This document shows positions 12,673-26,464 of a stretch of DNA of 64,000 bases, piece by piece. Source of the stretch: Mobula hypostoma. Taxonomy: Eukaryota. Made by a program: the position numbers and the translations under genes. The stretch spans positions 60,762,001-60,826,000 of the forward strand of contig NC_086108.1 of NCBI RefSeq assembly GCF_963921235.1, read 5' to 3'. The notes beneath the pieces were generated by a model. That model worked only from the letters and a program-made list of their open reading frames with translations. It searched no databases and was not told the DNA's origin. Each line of letters begins with the position of its first letter. The first letter of the stretch is position 1.

Positions 12673-13638
12673 CTAGAAGAGCAAAAACCAAATCAGCAAC
12701 AGGAATTAGAATCTAAATAGACAGAGAGCTGAAATATGATTCCAGCACTCCAGATTACTTGACACAAGAGGTACTGCAGATTCTGGGAATCTACAGCAAT
12801 ACACACAATGTGCTGGAGGAGCACAGCAGGTCAGGCAGCATCACTGGATGGGAATAAACAATCAATGTTTCAGGCCAAGACCCTTCATCAGGATATTGCT
12901 CCAGATTACCTGACAAGCTTGAACAGAAAAGCAAAATATTGCTGCTTGCTGGAAAGACGAAGAAAGGAAATTTTGGAAATGCTCAATAATCTTCCAGAAC
13001 GGTAAAAAAAAATGAAGCTGTAATTGGATACATCACAGTATATCACCTCTAACAACTACATGGACCTTCAATGGCAGGAAGAGGCGGGGATTAAAAAGCC
13101 AGATGCTGCAGCTGTCACAAGTGTTGGGGTGACTGAGGAGTGGATCAGAGTGCTGCAGCGGGAAGTCATACCTCAAGGTGAAACACTGGTTCAAGTGCAC
13201 TATGCAGAAGTCTCTTGTCAGTGACGAGTGAGTACTGAGCACTGAATAATGTTTGTACTCAATTTCTCCCAGTAAGAGGGATTGCATGGTAATAGACCCT
13301 TTGACAAGCAGAGGGAGAGTGGAATGGAACTATTGATACACCACTTATGTGGCCAAACCTACAGGGCCCAGGGTGTGAATGTTAGTACATTAAACTGTTT
13401 TTCTCAGATTGACATGTATTCATTCTGCAATTAGAAGAAATATTACTGATTTTGCTGTTCTGCTATCTCATTAAATCAGAGCTAATAATTAAATCCTCAC
13501 TGTTATTCTGTGCATGAATAACTAGTACATTGCCAAGATGGGACATTTCTAATTGCTTTGTCCAGTCCATGCCATGTGACCAGGAATTACTGTTCAAGGA
13601 ACCCTGACACTAGAAATGGATTATTATGTGGACATATA

Positions 13639-14160
13639 CAGTACTGTGCAGAAGTCTGAGGTACATATTTATAGCTAGGGTCTCTCAGGCTTTTGCAGTA
13701 TTGCACTGTACTGCTGCCACAAAATCAAAACTAATTTCATTACATATATGAGTGGTGGTAAACCCAATTCTGATATTGGTCTCTACTGTTGACTGAGAGT
13801 GGGAAGTAGGGAGGGAGAGGGGAATCATGTTTGGGAAATGGGGAAGAGGGGACTGAGCAGAGAGCACCAGAGAGGCATTCTGTAATGGTCAATAAACCAA
13901 TTGTTTGGAATCAAATGACCTTGCCTGGTGTCTCAGGGCTGGTTGTGACTGCATCCGCACCACTGCCCGCCCACAGCATTCTTTCTCTGCCACCTGCCCC
14001 ACACCCCTTCCAGGGCACTCCACCCTCGCCATTCCAAACATTCTTTACTCCCCCAGATTTACAAACTCACTCTCCGCTCCATGTTGACAAGTACAGTATC
14101 GTGCAAAAGTCTTAGGCACCCTAGCTATATACATGTGCCCAACACTTTTGCCCAATAGTA
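13639..14160. mobile_element. Non-autonomous Tc1/mariner-type MITE
   Basis: TA|CAGTACTGTGCAGAAGTC terminus; the GTGCAAAAGTCTTAGGCAC motif recurs in both orientations at both ends. Confidence 0.65.
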
Positions 14161-15197
14161 TGAATAATTATCTGTGCCTTAGAAAGATTATTAACAAGAA
14201 AATTAATAATGGCGTAGGTGAGCACACTGATCTCTTTTCTGGAAATAGCGTTTTAACCTAGTGAGTCTGATGAGCTGAAGGTCATTTACATTTACAAGCT
14301 GCATTGTCTGTTTGTGAAATTCTTTACTCCAATTCCAGGTGAGAGAATATGCACAGCACACCTCAATATTAAAAAAAGATAAAGGAATATTTCGGTACAG
14401 AAATGTCATTTATTTACAATAGAGGTGGTGACAGAGGCCTCCAAGCTGAGCAATACAGAGGCCATAGATATTGCAGAGGGTGAGACTAAGGGGGAAAGAA
14501 TCCAAGAAAAAGGCACAGTAGGAGCCAGCTGAAAGATCACACAAAGTTGGTATTTGAAATAGCGGGTGAGTTATTAAAAACTGGTGTGCACCAGAAGACC
14601 AGCCAAAGCTGATACACCTAAGCATAAATTCGGTACAGCTTTTACAAACTCATTTGACGCGATTACGGGTAAAACTACATTTTCATAAGAGAATGGAAGC
14701 TACAGGAAGGCTTAATTAAGTAAGAGACTAGATCCTAATTACAGAATAAAATGATTATCCACAGGTCTAGCAGTAAATCCAATAGGTGCATGGTGTTACA
14801 CAATTAGTGAAGTTTCTGAAGCTTGGATGTCGTCACTGCTACGTTACCTCTCTACTTTTGTCTGCGGCTCCCAGTTACTACATTAGCACAATCTACATCA
14901 CTATTTACCAGTCATTAGCCCTCGCCGTTCTTTCCTCCTACAACCAGTATAAAGAATAAACAAATCATGACATCAGCAGATATGCTTCACTCCTCTTAAA
15001 AAAATTAAGAGCCTAATCCTATCCCACCAAATGGAAATATTATATTTCTTTATGAACAATTATGTAGCTCATTGTTAACGGACACATATTAAACATCTAC
15101 TGAGGTTCTTTAGTCTTTCCATCAATCCCCAAATTATTACCATGTCAAGTTATAATACAAATAAAACTTCCAAAAGTCCACTTCAATCAATAATTAC

Positions 15198-15345
15198 CTT
15201 CAGCACAAAGTCCAAGGGCTTCGTAAGTGATGAGTTCATTCGCTGAAAAGCAGTCATGAAGTTCAATGACATCCACATCAGTGGGACGCACACCAGATTC
15301 CTCATAACATTTTTGTGCTGCTTCCTTTGTCATATCAAAACCAAC
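15198..15345 (-). CDS. SCP2: SCPx exon 10 ([49 protein letters not shown])
   Basis: 148 nt, gcag| acceptor, G|gtaatt donor; HDCF motif typical of SCP2-type thiolases. Confidence 0.97.
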
Positions 15346-16744
15346 CTGCAAAGTAAAAATAAACAAAGGTCATTCTAACCTTCAGAATTGTGTGTATCAC
15401 TGGCATCCTCAAATGGTGAGCCTCTGTAGTTCTTCTGGAAAAGATAGCATTTTCACAATAGCACTGGGTGGGGATTTCCAGGATTTAGTTCCAGCAGCAA
15501 GGAGGGGTGACACATGACTATGTCAGGATGATGAACAACTTGGAGGAGAACTTACCACTCCCTTCTGCCTTTTCCCTTGTTGTCTTGTGTGGGTGCAAGA
15601 GTAGCCTAGGCACGCACTGCTCTGATCAGTATTATGTGGTCTATCACAATCTGATCATTTTATGATTTAATTTTTAACTGGAAACTTAATTTATATTGAT
15701 CAAAATGATTACAGCATAAAAACCAGGATGAATGAAAAGGAACTCCCCACTTAGAACCTTGGTCTTATACCTATTTTTACTATTGATCCAAAAGTTTCAC
15801 ACATACTCAGGAGTGAAAATCTTGGGCCTGGGAATTGTCCAATATTTATAATTTCAGACATAGTTATTTCAAAAGCCCACAGAGTAAAATTTGATTAATC
15901 AGTAACCAAATACCACTTTCTAGACATTTTAACGGTGAGAATGACCACTTTCTGGTCATTCTCACCATTAAACTGTTGCAAGTGGTGGGGACAGCCAATA
16001 CTTACCTCAGGTAGATGAAGAAACATAAAACTGCATCTCTTTCATACTAAACCCGCCTGATCCCACTCCATTTAGCCAATACCACATAACCAGAAAAAAG
16101 GGTTAAAACAATCATTGGTGGCAATTTACAGATAAATCTACTACTTATGGTAATAAATATATAGCTGACAAAAATCTCTGTTTAAATGAGTTAGAGATTA
16201 ACAAAACAAACATGTCACATAAAATAACCCTGTCATCAAGCCAAAGTATTAGGTGCAACAGATGTTTCTATATTCTTCAGTCCAAAGTCATTTGTCTGTA
16301 ATCTCAAACAGCTTTGTAGATTCTAATGTCTGTAAAAAGCATCAACTTCCATGATAGACAATTTGAGGATTTACCAACTCTATTAAAAGTACATGTATTT
16401 TCTTTGAGAATTCCGGGTTTTCATTTTGATAGTATCTGATGCATCAAGCACCAAGATTTAAGTATTCAGGAACATTCATGTAATCTTATATTTGCTTGTA
16501 CATCTTGGTGATCATCACAAACTTTACAGAGAGAAAACCATCCTTAGGAAAAATGTTCCACCATTGCACTTCTGTGTTATGTTTTCCAATGACTGTTTCA
16601 AAAGTAAAGATCAACTCCTCTCAAGAGTATTCAAGTCACAACTGATCACGTGTTCATACTTTCTGGAGTTCGTGGGAAGACGTGTTCCACATCTTTATTG
16701 AGTCCATGTCTGCTTTTGTCAGGCATTATTAAGGTTGTACGTAG

Positions 16745-17633
16745 TGTTATGTACCCAGTAACTGGGTTGCCAAACCAGCAGAAATGGATCACTCAGTTGG
16801 AGTCTGGATTACTGGAAGTAAGAAAGTTTTATTAAAGAAATAAGCAACACAGTACTCTAATCAAAAGGATAATGAATACAACAGTTCAGTAATGATAAAC
16901 GCACATGTACACAGAAACTAGGATAATAGGATCAATCAAGCTCTATCGTCGTCTAGGGGTAAATGACCAGTTTCAAAGTGACGCAAAGTTCAGTTCAATT
17001 GAGTTCAGTTCAATTGAGTTCAGTTCAATTCACAGTAATCACTGCCGTGGGAGAGAGAGAGAGAGAGAAAGCGAATGAATATTCAAAAACGGCTTCCACA
17101 CAGACCTTCGATATTCCTCGCAGTCAGCTTTCAGGCGAGCCCTTTGTAATGTCTTCTGAGGTCACCGACTGTGACCCCTCCGTTCCTCTACAGTGAACCT
17201 GGCACCCAGGCAAGGGCGGACACACACCAGGTTCCCGCCGATCGTTCCTTTCCACCCTGTGCGTCTATGGCTTGGTCCCGTGACCAGCCCTCCAAAACCA
17301 ACTTGTGGGAGACGCACCGCTTCCAGGGTCTCGTTACCTCGGGGTGTCGTGTGTGTGTTGCCTTAGAGAACCTGTCCCTTTTTATCCCCCTGCTGGGGTA
17401 TCGCCTGTCCATCACTTCAAACAGTTCAGGGTTCAAAGAGGAGCCGATCTTGACAGCTCTCAGACTGTCTCCTTCCGTTAAACTCTCCCGTCCCTTCATT
17501 AACATCTCCAAATGCTGCTCCATTGTTTTCCTTATCTCTCTTTCTCCTGAAGACAGGTGGCAGACCAACTGCTGATCCCACTGGTGCCAGCACAGGACAG
17601 TTAACATCTTAGTCTATGTGTACTTTCGTCACA
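16745..17633 (-). mobile_element. Solo LTR (889 bp)
   Basis: TGT...ACA termini, perfect 4-bp TSD GTAG, AATAAA and GATAAAAA on minus; clearly homologous to 48851-49695. Confidence 0.88.
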
Positions 17634-18329
17634 GTAGGTACTAATAATAGCAGCATACATCATGTAAGAGAATAGAATTATTTTCCATAACATTTTCTTT
17701 TGTTAGTCATCAGAAGTAGTGCATGTACCGGTAATAAAAATAACTTGCTATTTTTGATATCCAAAAAAGTAAATCTTATGAATATCAAAAATGCTGAGTC
17801 ACAGGTCACAAAGAAGTGAATTTAATCAAGAAAAGTTTTAAAGCAAGTTTTGAAACTAGAAGATTACTTCCACTATTCAGATTCCAAATGATTCACCTCA
17901 TGGAAATGTTATTTTCCCTTCTCTACAACCATCCTCACATTGACAAACCCCAGACTCGTCATTAACTCAGTATCAATCCAGGACTGCCATATTTCACTAT
18001 TCCCCTAACACCACCACTGGACTAATAATGTAATTTACTATGTTGCCTTTGCCTCAAGACCCCACTCCTAAATCTTCTCAGTCAGTAGGAATTCTGGAAA
18101 ACATTAATAAAATGCACCATCTCTCTTCAGTATGCTTCAAAAATTGAGTTCCAGTAACTAATCCATACCCATGAGATACTGCTAATTCAGAAATGCTGTA
18201 GTTCTTGGCTTCACGTTCAGTTATCAAAATGAAACACAGGGTACATTATTCTCCCATTGAACTGGTCGTGTTGATACATCCACATTATTCATCTGAAATC
18301 AGTAACGCCGTTGAAGAGATTGAAACCCA

Positions 18330-19215
18330 TCCGTGTTGGGATTCAACACCTCCCTCTGTAATTGGATCTTGGATTCCTGATGTAGAGGCCACAGACAGTC
18401 CGTATTGCCAGCAATATCTCCAGCTCCATTATGTTGAGTACTGGTGCCCTCCCGCCCCGGACTATGTGCTCAGCCCGCTCCTGTTCACGCTGCTAACGCC
18501 CAACTGTACTGCCAAATGCCCTTCTCGCCACATCATTAAGTTCACTGACAACACAACAGTGGTTGGCCTCATCAGCAACAATGATGAAATGGCATGAATG
18601 GAAGAGGCAGAGCAGCCTGTAGACTGGTGCAAACACAACAGCCCAAGTGACAGTGGGGACAAGACTAAAGAAATGACTGTGGACTTCAGGCTCACCGCTC
18701 CCAAATGCACATCAACGTGTTCTCCATGGAGAGAGTCACAAACATCAAGTTTCTTACTGATGATCTCATCACCCCTTTAGTCAAGAGAGCGCAGCAGTGC
18801 CTCCACTTCCCGAGGAGACTAAGGCAGGTGAAGCTTCCCCACCCGCATTCTCAGCATATTCTACCTGAACACCATCATGAGCGTCCTCACTAGCTGCATC
18901 ATTGTTTGGTGGGTGATTTGCAATGCATTAGATCGCAAACCTTGCAATTGATAGTGAGGACAGCTGAAAACGTCATTGAGGTCTCCCCTCCTCCATTTAG
19001 GACATATACCAGCACCACTGTATATGTAGTTCGCCCAGCATTATCAAAAGGGACCTCTGATATTCTTTCCACAATCTGTCAGGAGCAAGGTGTCGCAGCA
19101 CAAGAACTAGAACTGTCAGGTTTAGTAACAGCTTCTTCCCCCCAGGCTGTCAGACTTCTCAATCCCCTGCTGCCACCCAGCACACCTGTACACCCTGTCT
19201 GAATGCCCTGCCGAC
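18330..19215 (+). mobile_element. Rex1/Babar fragment, degraded
   Basis: VLSPLLFTLLT.NC, IIKFTDNTTVVGLISNNDE, PQAVRLLN. Confidence 0.8.
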
Positions 19216-19217
19216 AA

Positions 19218-19218
<1 letters not shown>

Positions 19219-19277
<59 letters not shown>

Positions 19278-19280
19278 ACA
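19219..19280. repeat. (CA)n microsatellite
   Basis: Direct inspection. Confidence 0.98.
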
Positions 19281-19479
19281 TACCCTCATCCTGCAATAAT
19301 CACTTTTTGTCTTTTTTGTTGCTGTTTTCACTTATTTATATGACTGCCTGCTTTATTATAATAGTGCCCTGTCTCACATAAACATGCCGCTTGTACTTTA
19401 TGTCAAACAGTAGATCTTTAGGCCCGGTTACTCAGGGACTTGTGATAATCTTATTTCACAGCAGTATACACTGGCTTGT

Positions 19480-20223
19480 TCTTTTGACCTCCGATATGCA
19501 GACGACACAATGCTGACTGCTATTTCCAAAGAGAAGCTCCAAGAAATACCAGATAAAGTCTTTGAAGAAAATGCAAAGAGAGGATTGACCATCAACTGCA
19601 ACAAGATATGGTTGTCACAAAGTAGAAAGAAATACAGAAATGTGAACTGAAAGTGGGCAACCAAACAAACGGCGGTTCAATTACTTAGGGAGTGCAGTAA
19701 CATCTGACAGTAGGGCTGATGTTGAAATTAGAAGGAAGGTTGGCATTGCTAAATGCATGTTCCAGTGTTTCAGCAAGATACTAAAGAAAGACAATTTCTA
19801 TGGATACAAAACTCACGAGTGTAGCAGTGCTATGTTCATTCTTCACGGACATATGGAAGTGAACATTGGATAATATCAAGGCAAAATGAGGGAAGACTCG
19901 AAGGTGGTTTGTGAGAAAGACGATGAAAATATTGTGGAAGAACAGTGTAACAAATAAGGAAGTGTTGTGAAAAGCCGGAATAAGAAGAGATAAATCAGGA
20001 AACAGCAGCTATAATTTCTGGGACATGTACTGAACAAAGAGAAACTTAAGCATGATGGGAAAAATCAATGGAAGAAAAAGTCAGTTGACAGCACATGACA
20101 TTCATGAGTTACATCAAGAGATGGACAGGCAGAAGTCTTGAAGAGTTTAGTAATACTTCCCAGATTAAAGACAGATGGAAAACCATAATAGCCCACACGG
20201 TACGTAATGATAATGATGATAAT
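19480..20223 (+). mobile_element. RTE-clade LINE 3' fragment
   Basis: LRYADDTML RT motif, YLGSAVTSD.R...EI.R..GIAK, (TAA/TGA)n trinucleotide tail. Confidence 0.75.
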
Positions 20224-21813
20224 ATGCTGGATTATAACTATGTGCTGTGTGTGACTATATATAGTGTGTTTTGAACCCAGGCCCCAGAGGACTGTGTATG
20301 GCTGAATGACAGTAAGCTTAATTTAAGTCAAACGTGCAACTAACAACAAGCTATAGCAACTTAACTGATATGGCTATTTGCAGAAAAGCACCATGGAAGG
20401 CATTAGTTGATTTAAATCCTTTACAAATTTGTAGTAATGCTTGGTACACTTCACCTTTAATATGAGCCCTGCAATGCAAAGCTCTGTTGATAATTGTTTC
20501 TTTCCAAAAGTGAGACATCTCCACCTAATGGCTAATTTAGGAATTGAATCCAATCAGAAAGGTTTGTCTTCGCTGTCTTTTCAGAATTGACAACTAGAAT
20601 CCACCCATTTCTCTACCTCCTTTCGTTCCAATCCTGATGAAGGGTCTTGGCTGAAAGATCAACTGTTTATTCCTCTCCATAGATGCTACATGACTTGCTG
20701 AGTTCCTTCACCATTTTCTGTGTATTGCCCCTCATGCTGTTTTCTATTTCAATCGTTACGTAGGCTAGGATCACTAAGCTAGGGGCCACTGTTTCATTCT
20801 CCCTTCTATCCTACATTTAAAACAATGGTGGCATTTTACACCACTTTTCCTTCTTTTCATTAAAGTATTGCAATTAATATACAGTATTATTTACCACACG
20901 GAGGGAATTTGCTATGTTCAAATGCAACATTCCTTCCAAAAACGCAAATTCATTGTTTATTTTTTCAGAGATATACTGTCATAGCCAGTGAATATCACAG
21001 GATTAATAACCAATTTATGGATCCCACAAATATTGATCATGATAACATTATGGGAAAACACTAATCAGTAAGGTAGATTAATGAGTTTCATTGATCCTGA
21101 TGTTAGATTCTACACTTAATCTTTCTTTCACTCTTGGAAACTTTTGGAATTGATATTAACATTAACAATTTTCTAAGGCATTTAAAGTTATTTTTCATTT
21201 TTCTCCTTTACAGTCAGTCATTACAGCACAACCTCAATATCATTAACAAGTTATGGTCCAGTTGAGAACATGATCCTACTATTTTCAATAACTGATGGCT
21301 GGAGTTAATGCTAGTGAGTGGGAATCATTTATCCTTGGAGGTTCTAGTCTGCAGGATCCAGATTTCAATTTGATCTCAAATCACAAACAGTAGTTTTATT
21401 TCTGGCTGGAACAGCTTTACAATAGGTAAATTGACAATTCATAACCAGTAGGTGTCATTTCTATACTGTCTTGAAAACTATGCAATATGACAACCTACTT
21501 CAGATTGAACTCTGAAGACCAGGGTAGCAAAACAGTAAACCTGTTTTCAGATGTTCATGCATATTAATAAACAGCAACCAATGGCTTTCAAAGGGACTAT
21601 GGTTCACAGGCAGCAGGAAAACTTGTTAAAATAGTACTGGAGTGAGTGAAAGTAGTTCAAGCTACACATTGCATTATCCATGCCCTGCCCAAACCACTCA
21701 TCTTGGTTTGGAAAAATTAAAATTAAAAAAAAATTGTAATTTAAAAATCTAAAATACTGCACACAAGTAGCTCTTCCATTTATAAAGATCAGACATAAAA
21801 TTGAAAATCCTAC

Positions 21814-21964
21814 CGCCTTAATGCAGCTGTTTTCTTGAAAGGTGCTGGGCAAATCAGTTCTCATTTCCTGGGCAAGGATTTCAACAGCTTTGGACTCCAG
21901 ACCATGTCTCTGTACAAATTTCTCACTTGCCAGGATTGCTGCTCCTGCCCCATTAGACGTTGGG
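21814..21964 (-). CDS. SCP2: SCPx exon 9 ([50 protein letters not shown])
   Basis: 151 nt, ctag| acceptor, GCG|gtagga donor. Confidence 0.96.
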
Positions 21965-22485
21965 CTAGTTAGAAAAATAAAATCACAAATTAAGTCAAAA
22001 CGTGGAAATATTTCACTATTTTATTAATTACAGTAAGTTCATCAAACAAAAATTTAAAAAAAATTCTGGGATGGAAGAGTTTTGTTTAACTGCTATTTTG
22101 GCCCCAACTTTCATGACCCTTCCTGATGTTACTGCACCACATCCTTAGCAGTTGTCCTTTATGTGTGGTCATAGATAAAGGTTTTAAATCATGAAAAAGC
22201 ATCATCAATTACCACCAACACCAAGCTCATCCATCACTATCTCCAGATACATCCTGAACCAGGAGCTGACAGGATCAGACAGTGACGGTCCTGACAAGAT
22301 GGCACCAGCGACCGACAGACATGTTGCAGACAGCTCACCAAACAACTAGATACTCTTCTAGATACTCCTCTTCTTTAAGATATTCTTCTTCTCAATTGTG
22401 GATCAGTTGCAGCCTGTAATTTCTCTCTTAAGGATATATTTTTGAATTTTTAAGCCGTATTTTGAGAGCAAGATTAAAATTGTTG

Positions 22486-23324
22486 TGTGATGGGGTCCTG
22501 AATTACCCTTTATGAACCGTGCTCGATTACCCCTATGAACTGTGCTTTTGAAAAGAGAGAGAGAGAGAGTTATTTAACACTGACATGTTGATTTGAAAGA
22601 GAGAGAGAGAGAGAGAGAGACGAAGACTGCTCACAGGTTGTTTATACTTCCTTCAAGGATATTTGCCTGCTTGCATTTCTTACAGACAGAGAGGAAGGAG
22701 GAGTTATTTGAATGACAGCTGGTATCCAGTACGGTGAGATAAATAGGAGGTCAGATGATATAGACCTCAGACACATGTTTTGGACACTGAATGAGCTTTG
22801 TTGTGCCCGCAGAAAAAGTGGGTTTTTGGAGGATCGATCAGGCGGATTGATCAGTGGCTCCTGCAGTGAAAAGGAAAGGTAGTGACCGGTGGAGAGTTGT
22901 CCATGTGTCCACCCTTGCCTGGGTGATAGCTCCACCACAGAAAACCGGTCCCCTTTGTTGTGGTCACAGTCGGTGACTTTTAAAGGATTTCGGGGGATGT
23001 AGAGAAGATCAATGGTGTCAGCTCACCTGAAGACTCAAATCTCTCCCTCTCTCTCTCCATCACTACTCAACTCAATACCACCAACTGAACTTCACTCATC
23101 ATCGTAAGACTGTATCTTTTTACCCCTAGACTTGAAGAAGCTTGATTTTCATATATATTCCACACTTACTTTTATATAATCATTGCTAACCTGTTTGATT
23201 TATCTACATTTACATTACTGTATTGTGTAGTTACTAATAAATATTATTAGGTAATAGCAGTACTGGACTCCAAAGTGTTTTCTATTTCTGCTGGTTCTTT
23301 ATTCCCGTCACGGGGTACGTGACA
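22486..23324 (+). mobile_element. Solo LTR (839 bp), related subfamily in opposite orientation
   Basis: TGT...ACA termini, perfect TSD GTTG; shares GGGGTACGT.ACA end and GTCACAGTCGGTGAC with the other two LTRs. Confidence 0.85.
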
Positions 23325-24649
23325 GTTGAGGAAGACAAGAGCAGAAAACAAACAGCTGTTCAGCACCATCTGCCTGCATCTGACCAGTCACCCTCTCTTC
23401 TCGCTACTGCCATCAAGTGGTAGGTGCAGAAGTCTTGGGTCACACAATGCCAGGTTCAGGAGCAGTTGTTGTCCTTCAGCCAATGGGCTCCTGGACGGGC
23501 TTCACTTGCCTTAGTGCTGAATGTGCTCCACAGCTGTGCAATCACTTTCGGGGACTCTACAGTTCATGTTCTATGTTCTTGTTTACTTTTTTTTTCCACT
23601 ATTTGTGCAATTTGATTAAGGTGCTTCAGTGCTGAACTGACTTTGCAGCTGTGGCCTAAACCTATTGGGCTCCTGGACCGGTTTCACATGCCTCAGCAGA
23701 TCCAAGGCTGTGGACTCACGTTCAAGGTCACTGTGGCTAATATTCTGTGTTTTATTTGCTTATTTTTTATTGTTTGAACGATCTGTTCTTTTTTCGCCCC
23801 GACACATTGGGTGTTTGATGGTCTTTGTTTTGTGAGGTTTTTCTTTAAGTGGATTCTACTGTGTTTCTTTGTTTTGTGGCTGCCTGAAAGAAGACGAGTC
23901 TTTAAGGTTGTGTACTGTAAACATACTTTAATAATAAATGTACTTTGACTTGAACTTTAATGTCCAATCAGAATGGTATTCTCAACAAACTGGATCCCAT
24001 GATACTTCCCAGCACCAATGATCATTTCATGCTGTTAGATGATGAATTGGAATTTTCTTCTCAAAATAAACAAAGACAGATATTCATTGTCAGTTGTCAA
24101 GAGTATCATGTTGTACCATTGACCAAGCTGGCAAAGTCCTGAAGGACATGCTAGTGAGATATGATCTACAATAGGTGTTGACACAACTGACGAGAGAGAT
24201 AAACCTAGTTGACCTCATTCTCACTAATTCTGCAGATGTAACTGTCACGGCAGTATTAGTGAGAGTGACAGATCAGATGAGAACACATCCTACCCACATC
24301 ACATAGTTTAGCAAAACAATTGCAAAACTGAATAGATTAGAACAAATAGTGGGGTGCCAAGACAACAGACATATTTTTAGTCAGACCAAAACTAGACATC
24401 CTTTGGCATATACATGTACCTTCATGTTTATCATATCTGTCCTACATCATTAATAACAATTAAGGGATCACGGCCAATTCGAAGAAGTACAGAAGTTGGA
24501 TGCAGCACCAAACATACCTCATAACAATGTCTCAAACTGATGAAATGGAAAAACAGGGCTACAAAGCAATATTGGAGTTAAAGGTGGTGAAAGAGGGCAA
24601 TTTCTCCCAGCACATCTGCATAACAGTTTAAATTCTTCTTTCTACTGCC

Positions 24650-25420
24650 TCTTCTTTCCTTTCCAAGGTGGCTGGGGTCCTGTCAAGAGTCCATGATCTA
24701 CAGCAGCATACAAACTACAGTTCTTCATGGTGGCATGTTCCCGTTCTTGAAGCTCGCTGATTGGCTGCATTTCAATATCTCCAGGAGCAGCCTGGAGACA
24801 GGCACCTTTGGGGTGTGGCCTCGCACAGCCCTGTGGATTCAATTTCCCACTTGTGTCACAAACTGAGGTGTCGCAGGAGACTGGAACACCATAACAGTGG
24901 GTACAGCTATCAGAGGCCTCTGTATTTGCTCGCTCTCTCTCTCACGATGGTGAGCGAGAGTTTGCTGTCAATTCTGGAGTCAGGGAAATGTAATAAAAGC
25001 AGTGCCTGAGACTGTAACAGTGAAACAACAAGCTATTTGTCTCCCCTCTCGCTGCGGAAGGACCGATACTTCCCTCTCCTTTGTTGGTGAGAGAGAGCCT
25101 GTGCCATGTTGAATTGTCAGGCGAACAAGTTTTTGTTGGACTGCAGATCATAGCCTCTCTTTAGGGGCTTTGTTATTGCTCGCTTGCTGGGGAGTGGGTG
25201 CTGATGCTTCCTGCTAGAATAAGTTGGCGGGGGGGAAGAGGAGGGTATGGCTGATGATTTAGCTGCTGCTTGCGCAAGGAAGGGAGGGGCTTTGCAGTTC
25301 TTATGTTTTTATTCTGTCATTCATTCTTGGGGGTTTTGTTGGATTTCATGAATACCTGAGGAGAGTAAGAATTCCAGGTCGTATATTGTATCCATTCTGA
25401 TACTAAGTGGAACCATTGAA
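24650..25420 (+). mobile_element. Non-coding interspersed repeat related to 54670-55492
   Basis: Shared blocks TCTCCCC.CTCGCTG, GAGAGAGAGCCTGTG, CTGTCATTCATTCTT.GGG and a Rex1/L2-like tail. Confidence 0.55.
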
Positions 25421-25789
25421 CAGCAAGAGCAAAAGCAGTGCACCTCAATCCATAAAGAGCACATCAGATCAAATCACGCTAAGCCCTGCGACAGCTTGTT
25501 CTGAAAGAGGCAGATAATGAACCAGCAAGTGAAAGGAAGCAGTTTTATGAACATATACATATGGTTTATTTTCCTCACAAAAATAGCATATGGACAATAA
25601 AGGATCCTGGCTGAGTCAAGAGGCCACGTCCAGTCGAGCTGCTGAGAGGCCCAGAGACCTTGCAGCCATCTTCCTACCCAAGCAGGCCAGGAGAAAAATG
25701 GCCCCACCACAATTTGAGTGACACTTTTTGGTTGATTTTTTTAAAAAAATATGACCAGACAACAAACTGAACAAGTAGCCCAAGCTTAC

Positions 25790-25876
25790 CAGCACTGCAG
25801 GAGAGTCAGGAATTCAAAGACCTGACGAGACTTCATCACCTGATCAATACTGAACTCCTGTTGGAACTGGGAATAT
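25790..25876 (-). CDS. SCP2: SCPx exon 8 ([29 protein letters not shown])
   Basis: 87 nt, tttag| acceptor, TG|gtaagc donor. Confidence 0.95.
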
Positions 25877-26464
25877 CTAAATAAAAGTATATATAATTAA
25901 TTAAAAAGAGATCCAAATTTGTGATGACTGTACTTCATAGTCAATATTTCAACCTTAGAATAGTCAACAGAAACCAAGTTGTAGCAGTTCCTGAATAAAC
26001 CAAAGAATTGGAAGTATTTGATTTATTTTACCAATCTGAATAGCCACTCTAAGGGAGTAGACCAAAAAAAAGGCAGAAGGTATACATTGTGGAAAAATAA
26101 ACTATTGGAAATGAGGATTATGGCAGAAAAGTGGACAAGGCCACTGATTACATCAACTACAGTACTGGATGGGGAGCTAGCACAAAGGGCTTATTGGCCC
26201 AATCCTGCATTTCTTATTGTTAGTTTTTCCTCTGTCTCTTTCCCCACCAAATGCCATGGCTCGTTATCCCTCCAACTCCTCAGCCACAGCAACTCAGGCA
26301 AATAAACCAACAACGATTCCCATGTTTCTGAAGTAGTTTGGAAGGAAAGTAAAAGAGAAAGAGATTTATTCTCAGTGGAGAATCAATGAGATGGGATACC
26401 CTATGGCTTTGTTTGGAATCAAAATACTTTATACAGAACGTTCCCTTGATGTAATAGTTTGTGG

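Noticed and set aside
15998..16007. ATACTTACCT as a U1 snRNA gene or pseudogene
   Set aside because: Similarity stops after 10 nt; better read as a minus-strand 5' splice site
16449..16518. Possible C/D box snoRNA on the minus strand (GTGATGA...CTGA)
   Set aside because: Box spacing is short, no terminal stem flanks the boxes and no rRNA guide was recognised
16987..17032. (AGTTC/AATTG) repeats as a CRISPR-like array
   Set aside because: Simple pentamer tandem repeat inside an LTR, no spacers, eukaryotic context
17171..17607. Similar ORFs here and at 49199-49673 as a duplicated gene
   Set aside because: Both lie inside homologous solo LTRs; the similarity is at the repeat level
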